DNA of 61,577 bases, counting the filler, from Choristocarpus tenellus KU-1152 (taxonomy: Eukaryota; Protista; Phaeophyceae), in the NCBI GenBank assembly GCA_964200185.2. It is 4 parts of 4 records of this genome, joined end to end, with 100 filler letters (N's around TTAATTAATTAA, not from the genome) between each part and the next. Parts side by side here need not be neighbours in the genome. Positions count along the whole stretch, not along the records: positions 55,441 to 61,577 come from CAXNAD020008857.1; 3 more parts are not named here. One strand, given 5' to 3'. Shown piece after piece: positions 61,548 through 61,577 of this stretch; position 1 is the first letter of the stretch; each line of letters opens with the position of its first letter. Both the position numbers and the translations under genes were made by a program. The notes beneath the pieces are model-generated. The model did no database searches. It was not told the origin of the DNA and was given only the letters and a program-made list of their open reading frames with translations.

Positions 61548-61577
61548 GTCACTACACTTGTTCTGGGCATTCAGTTT

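Overview
Intron-rich eukaryotic nuclear DNA, probably a brown alga or related ochrophyte (inferred from gene structure and transposon/sulfotransferase types). Three 100-bp gap linkers (N44-TTAATTAATTAA-N44) split it into four blocks. (1) 1-15.9 kb is a nested transposon graveyard: a Gypsy element, a Ty1/Copia family with repeatedly inverted or self-joined LTRs, and an intron-containing pogo/Tigger transposase relic. (2) 16.0-42.2 kb holds the main finding, a ~24-kb + strand gene (16283-40092). Its 31 manually spliced, phase-compatible exons give ~1,458 aa: signal peptide, animal-type heme peroxidase, DOMON, 5-TM cytochrome b561, cytochrome b5, and FAD/NAD(P)H (cytochrome b5 reductase-like) domains. 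This looks like a one-polypeptide trans-membrane electron chain ending in an extracellular peroxidase, DUOX-like in logic but built without a NOX module. (3) 42.3-55.3 kb has ABCF2 (- strand, 11 exons seen, 3' end lost at a gap) head-to-head with an unknown coiled-coil gene. (4) 55.4-61.6 kb has a 56-bp minisatellite, a mitochondrial insertion (SSU rRNA + nad2 fragments) and a MITE-disrupted sulfotransferase pseudogene. Three related MITE families sharing an AAAGTATCT terminal core are scattered through blocks 2 and 4. Exon coordinates were read by eye; no database searches were run.
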